NCBI GenBank assembly: GCA_963849325.1
Contig: CAWKHF010000001.1
Coordinates: 288,001-352,000 of the forward strand
Reading direction: 5' to 3'
DNA length: 64,000 nt
Source of the DNA: an uncultured Planctomycetota bacterium
GTDB lineage: Bacteria > Planctomycetota > Planctomycetia > Gemmatales > Gemmataceae
Shown: positions 1 through 11,797 of the stretch, in pieces
Layout of the letters: every line of letters begins with the position of its first letter
Numbering within the stretch: position 1 is the first letter of the stretch
The notes under the pieces: model-generated
What the model saw: the letters and a program-made list of their open reading frames with translations, nothing else
Databases searched by the model: none
What the model was told of the DNA's origin: nothing
Program-made: the position numbers and the translations under genes

Positions 1-632
1 GATCTTCAAGTCGAACTCGGCCATCCTCAACATCCTGCTGACGATCATCAACGAGCGGAAGTTCTACCAGGACGGCGTGCCGCAGCCGGTGCGCGCTGCG
101 CGTGCTGTTCGCCGCCACCAACGAGGTGCCCGAGCAGGGCGAGCTGGCCGCCCTGAAGGACCGCTTCTGTCTCAAGGCCGAGAGCCGGTCGGTGCAGGAG
201 GACCACTTCACGGAGCTGATCGACGCCGGCGTCCAGGGCGAGGTCTACAAGAGCCTCAACCAGAAGCCGTGGGTGGAGGGCCACTGCATCGCTCGACGAC
301 CTGCTCAAGGCCAACCGCTACCTGACGCACCTGTTCGGCCGCAAGCACCGCAGCGGCCGCGGCGAGGAGCAGAACGACCGCGAGGTGTTCTTCCCCGCCG
401 AGGTGTTCGACGAGTTCCAGCGCTGGTCAAGACGCTGGTGCGCGAGGACAAGATCTTCATCAGCGACCGCAAGCTGGTGAAGCTGTACAAGCTGTTCCGC
501 GTCCGCGCCTGGCTGTTCACCGGCGGCACCGTCAGCCGCGACGACCTGCGGCTGCTGGCCTACCTCGGCGAGACGCACCAGGAGATCGAGCTGCTGCGCG
601 AGAAGGTGCCGATGCTGCTCGGGTTGGAGTGA
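1..632 (+). CDS. MoxR/RavA-like AAA+ ATPase, 5' part outside window, frameshifted
   Basis: Window opens with IFKSNSAILNILLTIINERKF, then FAATNEVPE and ALKDRF (sensor I/Arg-finger region) and ISDRKLVK; frames switch near 100, 290 and 420. Confidence 0.7.
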
Positions 633-675
633 GACCTTCCCCGATTCGGGTGGCGCGAATGGTTTCGGGTATTTT

Positions 676-837
676 TTCGTTAGCCCAGCCCTTCAGGGCT
701 GGGAACAGCGTCGGGTGAGGAGAGTCTTGGGGCTTTAGCCCCTCCGCGACTCGGGCACGCCAGGGGGGAGGGCCTAAAGGCCCGGACCATCCTCCCCATC
801 CGCGTACTTCCCAGCCCTGAAGGGCTGGGCTAACGAA
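676..837. repeat. 162-bp element with perfect 30-bp terminal inverted repeats (REPIN/MITE-like)
   Basis: TTCGTTAGCCCAGCCCTTCAGGGCTGGGAA at 676-705 and its exact reverse complement at 808-837; each arm holds an internal hairpin. Confidence 0.8.
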
Positions 838-989
838 CAAGACAACGCACTCCCAGAATCCGCTCACGCACCCCCGATTCCGGAACACGGGATTGGTCTT
901 TATCCGGCGGGTGCTTGTGCTGCAATGCGCCGCCGCTCGCCATGCACCTCTTGCGTCCCGCGCCATCGCCCATCGGATCGGAGGTTGCC

Positions 990-2587
990 ATGACCCGTCC
1001 TCGCTTCGCCCTCTTCGCTCTGTTCGCTCTCTTGTCGCTGACGACCGCCGCGAAGGCCGTGGACAAGGACAAGCTACGGCGAACGATTCGACTCCCTCAG
1101 GTTAATTTGATCTTCGGCTACGGTGTCAGTGGACGAGGTGAGTTCACCAGTCCCTCGGAATTAAGGCCCCAGCCGGAGAAGATAGCGGAGATCGAGAGCC
1201 AATTGAAGGGCGACGCCACCGATGGCGAGCGTTACTACCAACTGTACCAGCTCTACTTTCTCGCCCATCAACCCGCCAAGGGCAGGGAGGCCCTCCGCCA
1301 GGCAGAGTCGTTGCTAGGCCCCAAGAAAAATTGAACAGCACCCAAAGGAGATCGTGTTCCGCCTCCGTCTGGCCGATGCCCTGGAACCCCTCGAAAAAGG
1401 AGAGGAAGCCACGTGCGCAGGCGCGGTGAAGGATGGCCCGGAGAACTGGCACGCCTGGCTTGCTCTCGGCAGTTTCCTGTACTTCCGCTCCTCGTCGGCA
1501 ATTACAGGCGGTAAGACGTTACCGATCGGCGGCGACCCGCAACAAATATCGCAGGCGATGCGAGCCCCTTCAGCCAACTTCCGAACAGATCGAGACGGCG
1601 AGCGCTATCATAGCGAAGCGGAGCACTGCTTCCAGCGTGCGGTCGCTCTCGCCCCCCAAGAGCCGGAAGTTTATCGACTGCGGGGAGCAGCGCGTACCTT
1701 AACTGCTACCTCGATTGCAGCCTGCGATTGTACAAGGGAAAGGAAGCCGATTTCTTCGCGGCCGCCTCCGCACCTGAAGCGATGTCGGACCTGCGTAAAG
1801 CCTTCGATCTGAGTCAGACCGACTACATGGGCCTTGGCATGGTCATTATGACAGAGGTGACAGGAGAAATTTGCCGATACCATTTCCAAAATCCGTCCGC
1901 CAAACAACCGGAGAAACTGCTGGACATACTGTCGGAATCCACACGGAAGCCGCGTGCGTCAGGACATGGCTCTGCTCGAAAAAGAGACACAACTGGCGGA
2001 TAAAAAAAGACAGCCGAAGCGGCGGAGGTCTTCGGCGTCGTGCAGTTAATGATTTTCCAGGATGTTTCCGCTGCTGAAAGAGTGCCCGGGAGCGTCTCCC
2101 TCGATCTATCGCGCAACATGGCTTATATGTGGACTACATTTCTTGAGGGAACCAAGTCGCCATAGCGAGGCGGCTGATGCCTGCCGCCAACGGTTGCAGT
2201 ACGAGGATTCGCCCCAAAACCGGCTATTCTTGGCAAAAGCGTATGAGGATCTCAATCAACTCGATAAAGCCGAGGCGGTAATTCGAGTGGGCCTCAATCA
2301 CACTCCCGATGACTTCATGCTGAAACTCGCTCTAGCAGACTTACTCCTCCTGCACGGCTCTAGCGAAGACCTTCAACAAGCGGGGGAAATACTCTATGAG
2401 ATGCGCAAGGCCCAAATGCTGGAAGGAGGAGGTGAAAACTGCTGGACCAACTATGCCTTCGAGCTGCGGCGTTTACTTCGGGCTGATCGGCGAAAATAAG
2501 ACGGCTCACGAATGGCTGGAGAAAGTTCAGCAGCACCAGCCACAATATCCGAATATCCAAGACGCCTTGAAAGCCCTCGACGAATGA
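990..2587 (+). CDS. Secreted tetratricopeptide-repeat protein, split by several frameshifts
   Basis: GGAGG RBS, signal peptide MTRPRFALFALFALLSLTTAAKA; TPR-like helices (AEHCFQRAVALAPQEPEVYRLRG, LFLAKAYEDLNQLDKAEAVIRVGL) in consecutive ORFs. Confidence 0.6.
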
Positions 2588-2597
2588 ACGAAGCCAA

Positions 2598-3768
2598 TTA
2601 CTCCTCCGTCACGGCCTTGACGATCAACGTCGCATAGCAGCCACGCGGCAACTCGAAGCCCAGTGTCAGCTTGTCTCGTCCGCGGTGCTTCTCGTCGGCG
2701 CCGAATTCGTGCGTCAACTCACACGGCAGACACAAGGCGGCGCGTTCGCCGCGCGAAAAGAACATCTCGCGGATGCCCTTTATCTGCATTTGTCGCAATT
2801 CCAATCCTTCCTCCGCCAGCACCGTCCGTACCAACTCGGCGCGCGGATCGGCGTCCTCCAGCTTCAGCCGGGCCGAGGGCAAGCGGCAGTTGCAAGGCCG
2901 CCAGCTCGCGCTATTGCTCGTCGGTCAGTCCACGGTGGAACGGCACTTCGCCCAGGCGCAGCGACACCGAACGCCGTTGCTCCGGCGGCAGGTGCATGCG
3001 TCAGCCAGTGGGCGAGCATACGGTTCCACAGATGGCTCTGGTACGCCGACAGGTACAGGCCGCGCAGCTCCGGCCGCAGCCGCGCCACGGCGCCGCGGAA
3101 GTCGCCGGGGTGGACGCGCAGATAATCGACCAGGCTGCGAGCGTGGCCGCGCGGCAGCACGTCCTTGAGCCGCGCCCAGTCGCCCCAGTGCGCGGCCAGC
3201 AGACGCTTCTCCTCCTTCTGGGCGGCGCGGTCGAATTCGTAGGGGGCGGCCAGGGCCAGGCGCAGCGCGTCCTCGAAACGACCGCGCACCAGCAGGCGAG
3301 CGATGAACTCGCCGCCCTCCCCGGCGACAGAGCCGAAACGCTGATCGTCGAAATAATTCGGCACGCCCTCCCGCGCCAGCACACCCAATCGCTCCTCGAT
3401 CGCCGGCCGACTGTCGCGGCGGCAGATCGCGCAGGGTGAGGCGGAAGCGGTTGGCCTGGATGTCCTGCGACGTGTAGGCGGCGGCGACCTGCCCGAGGTA
3501 TTGCACGGTGACGTCGTGGTGTCGCAGGTTGCGGCGCGGGCCGTGGAAGATCGTCAGATATTGCACGGTCCAGGCGTGGCGGTCCTTCAGGCCGCCGTAG
3601 GAGATGCGCCGCGGCTCGATGCGCCAGCGCCGCCGCACAGCGGCCAGCGCGTCCGGCGTGGACCAGCCGCGCTTCTCCAGGCGATACAGCGCGAACGGGC
3701 CCTCGGCCGGAGAAATCGGCGGTGATTTCCTCGACCTGGAAATCGTCCGGCTGCTGTTTGAGCTTCAT
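2598..3768 (-). CDS. truD: tRNA pseudouridine(13) synthase TruD (frameshifted)
   Basis: MKLKQQPDDFQVEE start, YGGLKDRHAWTVQ catalytic motif, ANRFRLTLR, GVPNYFDDQRFG, SAYQSHLWN, FELPRGCYAT. Confidence 0.9.
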
Positions 3769-3993
3769 GGGGAGAGAACGAGGAGGGGAGAAAAAAAGTG
3801 AGGCCGAGAGGAGGGAACCCAAAACCGTCGCCCAGTCAGCTTTGAATCCCGGTTCTCTCGGCCTCATCAGTGGCGAGCAAGTTGCCTTGCTCTCCCCTTC
3901 TTGTATCAGAGTCTTGCGCGAAAGCAAGCTCTTTCCACAAAATTTTTCCACAATCTTTCACGACCCGACGCGGACGCTCAGCGTCGATCCGAT

Positions 3994-4108
3994 AAGCCCC
4001 TCTCCCCCGAGTACGGGGGAGAGGGGTTGGGGTGAGGGGGTGCGCTTCGCGGGTTTGCCGCCCCCTCACCCCCTACCCCTCTCCCCCGAAGCGGGGGAGA
4101 GGGGGCTT
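3994..4108. repeat. Palindromic REP-like doublet (CCCCTCTCCCCC/GGGGGAGAGGGG family)
   Basis: AAGCCCCTCTCCCCCGAGTACGGGGGAGAGGGG...CCCCTCTCCCCCGAAGCGGGGGAGAGGGGGCTT inverted arrangement between genes. Confidence 0.75.
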
Positions 4109-4121
4109 ACCGGGCAGACGT

Positions 4122-5140
4122 TCAGCGATCGTCCAGGCGAATGCAGATTTTGCCGAAGTGGGCGCCGCTCTCCATGTGGCGGAACGCCTCGGGAACCTCG
4201 GCGAACGAAAAGACGCGATCGACGACGGGGCGCAGTCGATTGCCGGCGATGGCGCGATTCATGGCCTCGAACATCTCGCGCGAGCCGACGAAGATGCCCT
4301 GAACGCGGACGCCCTTCATGAGGATCGGCATGGGATTGGCCTGGCCGGCGACCGGACAGCACGCCGATGAGACTGATCTGTCCGCCCATGCGCACGGCTC
4401 GCAGCGATTGGCCGAGCGTGCCGGCGCCGCCGACCTCGACGACGTGATCGACGCCGCGACCGCCGGTCAGCTCGCGGACTTTTTCTCCCCATTCAGGAGT
4501 TGTTTTGTAGTTTATGCCGTCCGAGGCGCCGAGACCGCGGGCGCGCTCCAGCTTGTCGTCACGGCTAGACGTGATGAGGACGCGGGCGCCGGCCAGGCGG
4601 GCGAACTGCAAGGCGAACAGCGACACGCCGCCGGTGCCCTGCACGAGCACGCTGTCGCCGGGCTTGACGCGCCCCTCGGTAATCAGGCCATGCCAGGCGG
4701 TGACGGCGGCGCAGGGAAGCGTCGCCGCCTCCTCGAAGCTCAGGTGCTCCGGCACCACCACCACGCCATCCTCGTGCAGCACGGCATACTCGGCCAGCAG
4801 ACCGTCGATGGCGCCGCCCAGCGCCGACTTCGCCTTGGCCTCGTCCAGCTCGCCGGAGAGCCATTGTCTGCATGAAGATGGCGGCGACGCGCTGACCGAC
4901 CTGGACGCGGCGGACGCCCGGCCCGACGGCGGCCACTTCGCCGGCGGCGTCGGAGAGCGGGATGCGCGGCAGCGGCATCTTCGGATTGTACTGGCCCTTG
5001 ACGACCAACAGATCGCGGTAATTCAGCGACGCCGCCCGGATGCGCACGAGCACTTCGTGCGGACCCGGTTGCGGCTGCGGCCGCTCGGCCAACGTCAAGG
5101 CGTCCAGGCCGAAGCGATCGCGGATTTCATAGACCTTCAT
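4122..5140 (-). CDS. NAD(P)-dependent MDR-family alcohol dehydrogenase/quinone reductase-like protein (frameshifted)
   Basis: [57 protein letters not shown]. Confidence 0.85.
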
Positions 5141-5240
5141 TATCCCTCCCATCTCCAGAGGACCTATCCCCGGTGAGCCGAGACCCTGGGAACTTGTTAG
5201 CGGCTTGGCACCGTTTTGCAAAGAGTGGGCGGCAAGGACC

Positions 5241-5294
5241 GAGCCGCGACCGTCAGGGAGCGGAGAAAGCCCCGCTCCCTGACGGTCGCGGCTC
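5241..5294. repeat. REP doublet family A (GAGCCGCGACCGTCAGGGAGCG)
   Basis: Inverted pair; related copies at 30095-30171, 36711-36783 and a half copy at about 45139-45162. Confidence 0.85.
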
Positions 5295-5427
5295 CGAGAG
5301 ACGATAAGCCAATATCCTACCTGAAACCCCCTTTTCTCCCATTTCCCCGATTTTCCCATTGCACTCGACTCGCGCCGGCACTACCTTGTGACGGGAGCCT
5401 GTCACCTTGTTCCGGAGAAGTGGCGCC

Positions 5428-7275
5428 ATGTTCTCCCCAATGCCGCGGCGGCGAGTGGACCTGTTCCTGGAAGAGCTGGAAGACCGCTGCCTGTTGAGCG
5501 TTACGGCCGTGCCGCAAACCTTCACCGCGGCCGAAGGTGTCAGCACGCCGATCGCCGTCATGGCCTTCACCGACACCGAAAGCGTCGGCCCCGATAATTT
5601 CACCAACGTCCAGATCAACTGGGGCGACGGCACGACCACCGCCGGCACCATCACGCAACCCGGCGGCACCGGCGCGCCGTTCCTGGTCACCGGCAGTCAC
5701 GCCTACGCGGTGGAAGGCCCCCAGTCGATCTCGGTCTCCATGCACGATACGCAGGACAACCAGGACGTGAACCTGACCGGCAGCACGGCGACCATCCCCG
5801 ACGCGCCGCTGCTGCCCGGCACTGCGTCCGCCGTCCCCACCAACGTCCTCACCGGCGTCGGCACCGGCAGCGCCGCCGGCAGCGCCGCCGCGGCGCTGAG
5901 CAGTTTCGAGACGGCCATCGGCGGCACGAACAACGGCGGCACCGCCTCTCCGCAGTCGGGCGGCTTCCGCACCATCAACTGGGACGGCGTACCGCTGGAC
6001 GGCAACGATCCCGGTTTCAGCGACACGGTAATCGTCCCCAACAGCGTCGTCGGCATCCCCACCAACCGCTTCCAGGAGCGCGGCGTCCAGTTCGCCGAGG
6101 TCTACGCCGTCAGCGGTCCCAACCCCGCCACGCCCTCCGATAACTCGACGTTCGTCACCGTCAATCCGAACGTGGACGGGCTGTTTCCGCCCTTCAGCTC
6201 GCCCAAGACGTTCGCCATGTTCAACGAGAACACCATCGAGCTGAACATCGTCCAGCCCAGCTCGCACACCACGACGCCGACGCCGGCCGCCACCAGCGCC
6301 TTCGGCGCCGTCTTCCTCAACGTCGAGCAACCCAACACGTCGAGCATCGAGTTTTTCGACGGCGATCAGAGCCTCGGCAAATACTATGTGCCGATCGCAG
6401 CGCCAGGCCAACCGGAGTTCCTTGGCGTGCAGTTCTCCAGCCCGGTCATCACCAACGTCACGCTGACCCTGGGCAGCGGCGTCCTGTTCAGTTTCGACGG
6501 CAAGACCGTAACCTCCGGCGGGGCCAACAGTGCGACGAACAACCTGGTCGCCACCGACGATTTCGCCTACGCCGAGCCGGCGGCACTGGCGTCTTCCTCG
6601 ACGACGACGCTCAGCGCCGCCGCCGGCGTCTCTCTCAACAACGTCCTGGTCGGCCAGTTCACCGATTCGTCGCCCCCCGCCGATGCCAGCGGTTTCACGG
6701 CCACGATCGACTGGGGCGACGGTCACACCTCGCCGGGCACCATCACGTCCAACGGCAACGGCCTGTTCAGCGTCAACGGCAGCAACACCTACGCCAACGG
6801 CGGTACGTTCGCCGTCAGCGCCGTGGTACAGGACTTCGGCGGCAGCATTGTGACGCTGACCAACACGGCCAACGTCACCGGCTCGTCCTCTCCCACTCCC
6901 ACCCCCACTCCCTCCCCCAGCCCTACCTCCGGGCCGTCCTCCGAGCTGCTGAACCAGCTGGAGCTGAACGCCTACTTCCTGCCGCAGCTGCTCACCTTCT
7001 CCGGCGAGAATGCGGCCCTGTTCTCGTTCACCAACGCCTTTTTGCTGTCCATGAACGCATCGAGTTCGCAAACCAATCAGCTGATGTCGGACGAGATGGC
7101 CCTGGCCTTCGACCTGGTGATGGTCTCGCTCGATTCTTCGCGGGGCGATGAGATCAATTCGTTGGTGGACTCGATCGACAACAACCCGGCCTTCAGCACG
7201 CCGGCCGGCTACGCCACCGGACTGCTGTCCGCGGAGCTGGCCTTCGCCGCCCTGAATCCGGCCCCTCGAAGTTAG
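5428..7275 (+). CDS. Planctomycete-type extracellular/surface protein with two PKD/Ig-like (WGDG) modules and a Pro/Thr linker
   Basis: N-terminal RRRVDLFLEELEDRCLLS leader; INWGDG...GSHAYA and IDWGDG...GSNTYA repeats; PTPTPTPSPSP linker; Thr/Ser/Gly-rich. Confidence 0.75.
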   Translation: MFSPMPRRRVDLFLEELEDRCLLSVTAVPQTFTAAEGVSTPIAVMAFTDTESVGPDNFTNVQINWGDGTTTAGTITQPGGTGAPFLVTGSHAYAVEGPQSISVSMHDTQDNQDVNLTGSTATIPDAPLLPGTASAVPTNVLTGVGTGSAAGSAAAALSSFETAIGGTNNGGTASPQSGGFRTINWDGVPLDGNDPGFSDTVIVPNSVVGIPTNRFQERGVQFAEVYAVSGPNPATPSDNSTFVTVNPNVDGLFPPFSSPKTFAMFNENTIELNIVQPSSHTTTPTPAATSAFGAVFLNVEQPNTSSIEFFDGDQSLGKYYVPIAAPGQPEFLGVQFSSPVITNVTLTLGSGVLFSFDGKTVTSGGANSATNNLVATDDFAYAEPAALASSSTTTLSAAAGVSLNNVLVGQFTDSSPPADASGFTATIDWGDGHTSPGTITSNGNGLFSVNGSNTYANGGTFAVSAVVQDFGGSIVTLTNTANVTGSSSPTPTPTPSPSPTSGPSSELLNQLELNAYFLPQLLTFSGENAALFSFTNAFLLSMNASSSQTNQLMSDEMALAFDLVMVSLDSSRGDEINSLVDSIDNNPAFSTPAGYATGLLSAELAFAALNPAPRS

Positions 7276-7295
7276 GCGCGCGGACGTCTTCATCC

Positions 7296-7364
7296 GAGCC
7301 TGAAGCGTAAGCGAAGAGCGCGACCACCTTCGGTTGTCGCGCTCTTCGCTTACGCTTCAGGCTC
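7296..7364. repeat. REP doublet family B (GAGCCTGAAGCGTAAGCGAAG)
   Basis: Inverted pair; further copies at 32005-32059 and 38304-38381. Confidence 0.85.
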
Positions 7365-7500
7365 CGATTTCAATGCCCTGCCATTCCGACAGGTCCATAC
7401 TTCTTCCGGCGCAATCTTGGCAGCGAGTGACGAGGCGCTCCCGTTCCATTTTCCATCGCAACTCCTTATGATTACAACACTTTCGCGTAATGATTCTTTC

Positions 7501-7516
7501 GGGCATGGCACTTGCA
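7501..7516 (+). promoter_or_regulatory. Putative sigma-54 (-24/-12) promoter of groES-groEL
   Basis: GGGCATG-GCAC-TTGCA matches TGGCACG-N4-TTGCW spacing, about 50 bp upstream of the groES ATG. Confidence 0.55.
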
Positions 7517-7568
7517 TTCCGGCAAGACATCCGTGGACTCGTTGGAAGCGCTGACAAGGGAGAGGGTC

Positions 7569-7862
7569 ATGAAGATCAAACCGCTGGGCGACCGGATTGT
7601 GATCCGGCGTTTCGAGGCGCAGGAGAAGACGGCCGGCGGCATTCTTCTGCCGGACTCGGCCCAGAACAAACCGCAAAAGGGCAAGGTCCTGCACGTCGGC
7701 CCCGGCCGACTGCTCAAGGACGGCAAGCGTCAACCGCTCCAGGTCAAGGAGGGCGACGTCGTGCTGTTCACCAACTGGGCCGGCGATGAATTCAAGCAGG
7801 CCCACGGAGACAATATCCTCCTCATGCGCGAGGAAGACGTACTGGCCGTGGTGGAAGAATAA
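7569..7862 (+). CDS. groES: Co-chaperonin GroES
   Basis: MKIKPLGDRIVI, KTAGGILLPDSA, VGPGR, MREEDVLAVVE. Confidence 0.97.
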   Translation: MKIKPLGDRIVIRRFEAQEKTAGGILLPDSAQNKPQKGKVLHVGPGRLLKDGKRQPLQVKEGDVVLFTNWAGDEFKQAHGDNILLMREEDVLAVVEE

Positions 7863-9588
<1,726 letters not shown>

Positions 9589-9612
9589 GCCGCCGGCAGC
9601 TTGACGGCGTGA

Positions 9613-9660
9613 GAACGCCGCCGCGCGACGAGGCGATGCCTTGTTCTCGCGGCGGCGTTC
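9613..9660 (+). terminator. GC-rich stem-loop after groEL
   Basis: GAACGCCGCCGCG...CGCGGCGGCGTTC; no clear U-tract. Confidence 0.4.
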
Positions 9661-9737
9661 GCTTCCGCAATGCTTGCGAGATTGCGGAAAGCCTGGTAGG
9701 ATCACATCATCTGCTCGTTTGGCGGGAGACGAAGACC

Positions 9738-9998
9738 ATGTTTACCGCGAATGACATCGATCACCGGGTCAAAGTGCGTCCCTTCCGTCCATTCCGCATC
9801 GTGACAAGTTCCGACGAAACTTATGATGTTGCTCACCCCGAACTTATCCTGGTCGGCCAGCATGACATCGTCGTCGGCTTGACCGGCCCAAATAGTCCCA
9901 AATACTACGACCAGATCGCGCGCATTGCGCTCATGCACGTCACCGCCTTGCACGACCTGCCGGTTTCCGCCCCGCCGCCCGGCAACGGTCAGACGTAA
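9738..9998 (+). CDS. Small hypothetical protein (RPFRPFRI...YDVxHPE type)
   Basis: GGGAG RBS then [41 protein letters not shown] recall this pattern from small planctomycete proteins. Confidence 0.65.
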   Translation: MFTANDIDHRVKVRPFRPFRIVTSSDETYDVAHPELILVGQHDIVVGLTGPNSPKYYDQIARIALMHVTALHDLPVSAPPPGNGQT

Positions 9999-10011
9999 CG
10001 GATCGGATTGT

Positions 10012-11184
10012 TTAGTAGCCGGAGGTGAGGATCGTTGCCGGTTTCCGGGTACGCTGGCGCTCATCCTCGTGACGGCGGAACCACGCCGCCACTAGCAAAA
10101 CCCCATCGATCTCGCTCACTCCTGGCAGCGCCTTTTCACGCTGATACACTCGTTCGAGCAGTTTCGTTACCTCCGCCCGGCTCGCTTCCTCCTGCGGGGC
10201 CGGCACGACGGCACACACGCGGCCGCCGTGGATGAGATACCACCATTCCGCTTCATCGTGGCCGCGCACGGGATAGACGAAGGAGTACCGCGACGCTTCG
10301 CGCACGCGCCGCAGACGTTCGCACAGCCACGTCATCGTATCGAGCTTGTCGCGCAGGGCGGCGGCGCGCTCGAACGCCAGGCTCGCGGAGGCGGCCGTCA
10401 TCTCGCGTTCGATCGTGCCCAGCGGCGAATCATCTTCGCCGCCGAGGAAGGCCAGGACGGCCCGGACGTTGGCTTCGTAGTCGTCGCGCGAACAGGCGGC
10501 GGCGCACGGGCCGAGACAGTTGCCGATCTCGTGACGGATGCAGCCGGCCGCCAGCGGCAGGGCGAACAGCTCCGGCTGATCGGCGAAGGTCATCGTCTGT
10601 GCTTGCGGGCAGTCGCGCAGGCGAAACCAGTCGTTGAGGCGGCGCACGGCCTCCTGTGCCTTGAAACCGGCGGGCACCGAACCGAAGTGGGCCAACGCCG
10701 TCCGCGGCGGTTGCCGGGCCAGGAAGACGGTCGCGGCCGGACGCCGGCCGACGCACACGTACACGCGCCGCCGGTGCAACGGCTGGCCCTGCACGTTGAA
10801 GCGCGGCTGCCAGCGCTGGATCAGTTCCAGTTCGCGCAGGAGGGCGGCGAACTCGCTCGGCGCGACCTCCCAGGCCAGCGTGCGCGTGTTCTTCAGGATG
10901 CGGCCGGCCTTGGGATCACGGCTCCGGGGCCGGAAGTAACTCAGCAGCCGGGCGCGCAGGTCCTTCGCTTTGCCGACGTAGATCAACTCGCCGCTGGCAT
11001 CGACCATGCCGTAGACGCCCGGCAGACGCGGACAGTCGCGGCGCATCAGGCGCGCAGTCGGCCGGGACGACGGGCCTTGACCCGATGCAGCGGGGGCGCT
11101 TCCGTGCCGGGCGACAGCGCAAGCGGGCCGAACCCCGTGAACGTCTGACGGGCAAAGAGTCCTTTCACCGTCCTCCTCCACCAA
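10012..11184 (-). CDS. GIY-YIG nuclease with UVR domain (UvrC N-terminal/Cho-like); start uncertain
   Basis: PGVYGM...IYVGKAKDLRARLLSYF, ELELIQRWQPRFN, Cys cluster (CIRHEIGNCLGPC), MTAASASLAFERAAALRD; no RNase H or HhH part. Confidence 0.85.
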   Translation of the reverse strand: MVEEDGERTLCPSDVHGVRPACAVARHGSAPAASGQGPSSRPTARLMRRDCPRLPGVYGMVDASGELIYVGKAKDLRARLLSYFRPRSRDPKAGRILKNTRTLAWEVAPSEFAALLRELELIQRWQPRFNVQGQPLHRRRVYVCVGRRPAATVFLARQPPRTALAHFGSVPAGFKAQEAVRRLNDWFRLRDCPQAQTMTFADQPELFALPLAAGCIRHEIGNCLGPCAAACSRDDYEANVRAVLAFLGGEDDSPLGTIEREMTAASASLAFERAAALRDKLDTMTWLCERLRRVREASRYSFVYPVRGHDEAEWWYLIHGGRVCAVVPAPQEEASRAEVTKLLERVYQREKALPGVSEIDGVLLVAAWFRRHEDERQRTRKPATILTSGY

Positions 11185-11274
11185 GCTGGACCTCCGGGCT
11201 GGTGTGATTCTAGCGATCGTAACGATTGAAAGGCCAGCCGCCGCGCAGGAGTATTATTTTGTACACTTGAACTC

Positions 11275-11303
11275 TTGACTACTGATGAGGCGGAGATTAT
11301 CTT
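11275..11303 (+). promoter_or_regulatory. Sigma-70-type promoter
   Basis: TTGACT-N17-TATCTT preceded by an AT-rich stretch. Confidence 0.55.
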
Positions 11304-11309
11304 TCACCG

Positions 11310-11377
11310 CGGCGTCTCGGGGACGCCGGCACCGGAGCCGCCCGGCTGGGACATTGGGGCGGCTCCGGTCTGCTTTT
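11310..11377 (+). ncRNA. Candidate small RNA (two hairpins plus U-tract)
   Basis: Directly downstream of the promoter: GGCGTC/GACGCC hairpin, 13-bp stem ACCGGAGCCGCCC/GGGCGGCTCCGGT, then CTGCTTTT; no ORF. Confidence 0.3.
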
Positions 11378-11399
11378 GAGACACGAATCGAATGAACCA

Positions 11400-11455
11400 C
11401 CAGCCCGGAGCGCTAGCGACGGTTTCTTAACCCGTCGCGGACGCTCCGGGCTTGT
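11400..11455. repeat. REP-like doublet (AGCCCGGAGCG...GCGACGG)
   Basis: AGCCCGGAGCGCTAGCGACGG...CCGTCGCGGACGCTCCGGGCT imperfect inverted pair. Confidence 0.65.
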
Positions 11456-11797
11456 CGGCGAAAGTTAGCGTGAGCAACCCATTTCCCGACCCTTTCCCTA
11501 TTCTCCTCTCGGCGTCGTAACCATACGATAACGGTAGCACGAGCGCAGCTGCGCTTCCAGAGAGCAGGGAAGCACACAAGTCGCTTTGGGCCGGACGTTC
11601 GGTTGTCTCCCTCCGAGGGGCCGGATTCGATTCGCCCCGGAATCAGACCTGACGATTGTAACAGGCACAGCACCCTCCTTGATCGCCGCGCCGCGTTTTT
11701 GCTCGCGAAAGAGTAAAGCGGTTTTCTTCGCATCGGTTAAATTTGGATAAGATGCGAAGTTTTAGTGGACGGGGTAATATGGCCGGGAGACAATAGT

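Noticed and set aside
990-2587. TPR gene as a true pseudogene
   Set aside because: Several breaks fall in A-runs and the window-wide indel rate is high, so decay cannot be told from sequencing error
5317-7293. Long antisense ORFs (also 12373-14415, 16900-19251, 27738-29111, 50696-52555)
   Set aside because: Shadow frames of real genes in high-GC DNA; no recognisable motifs
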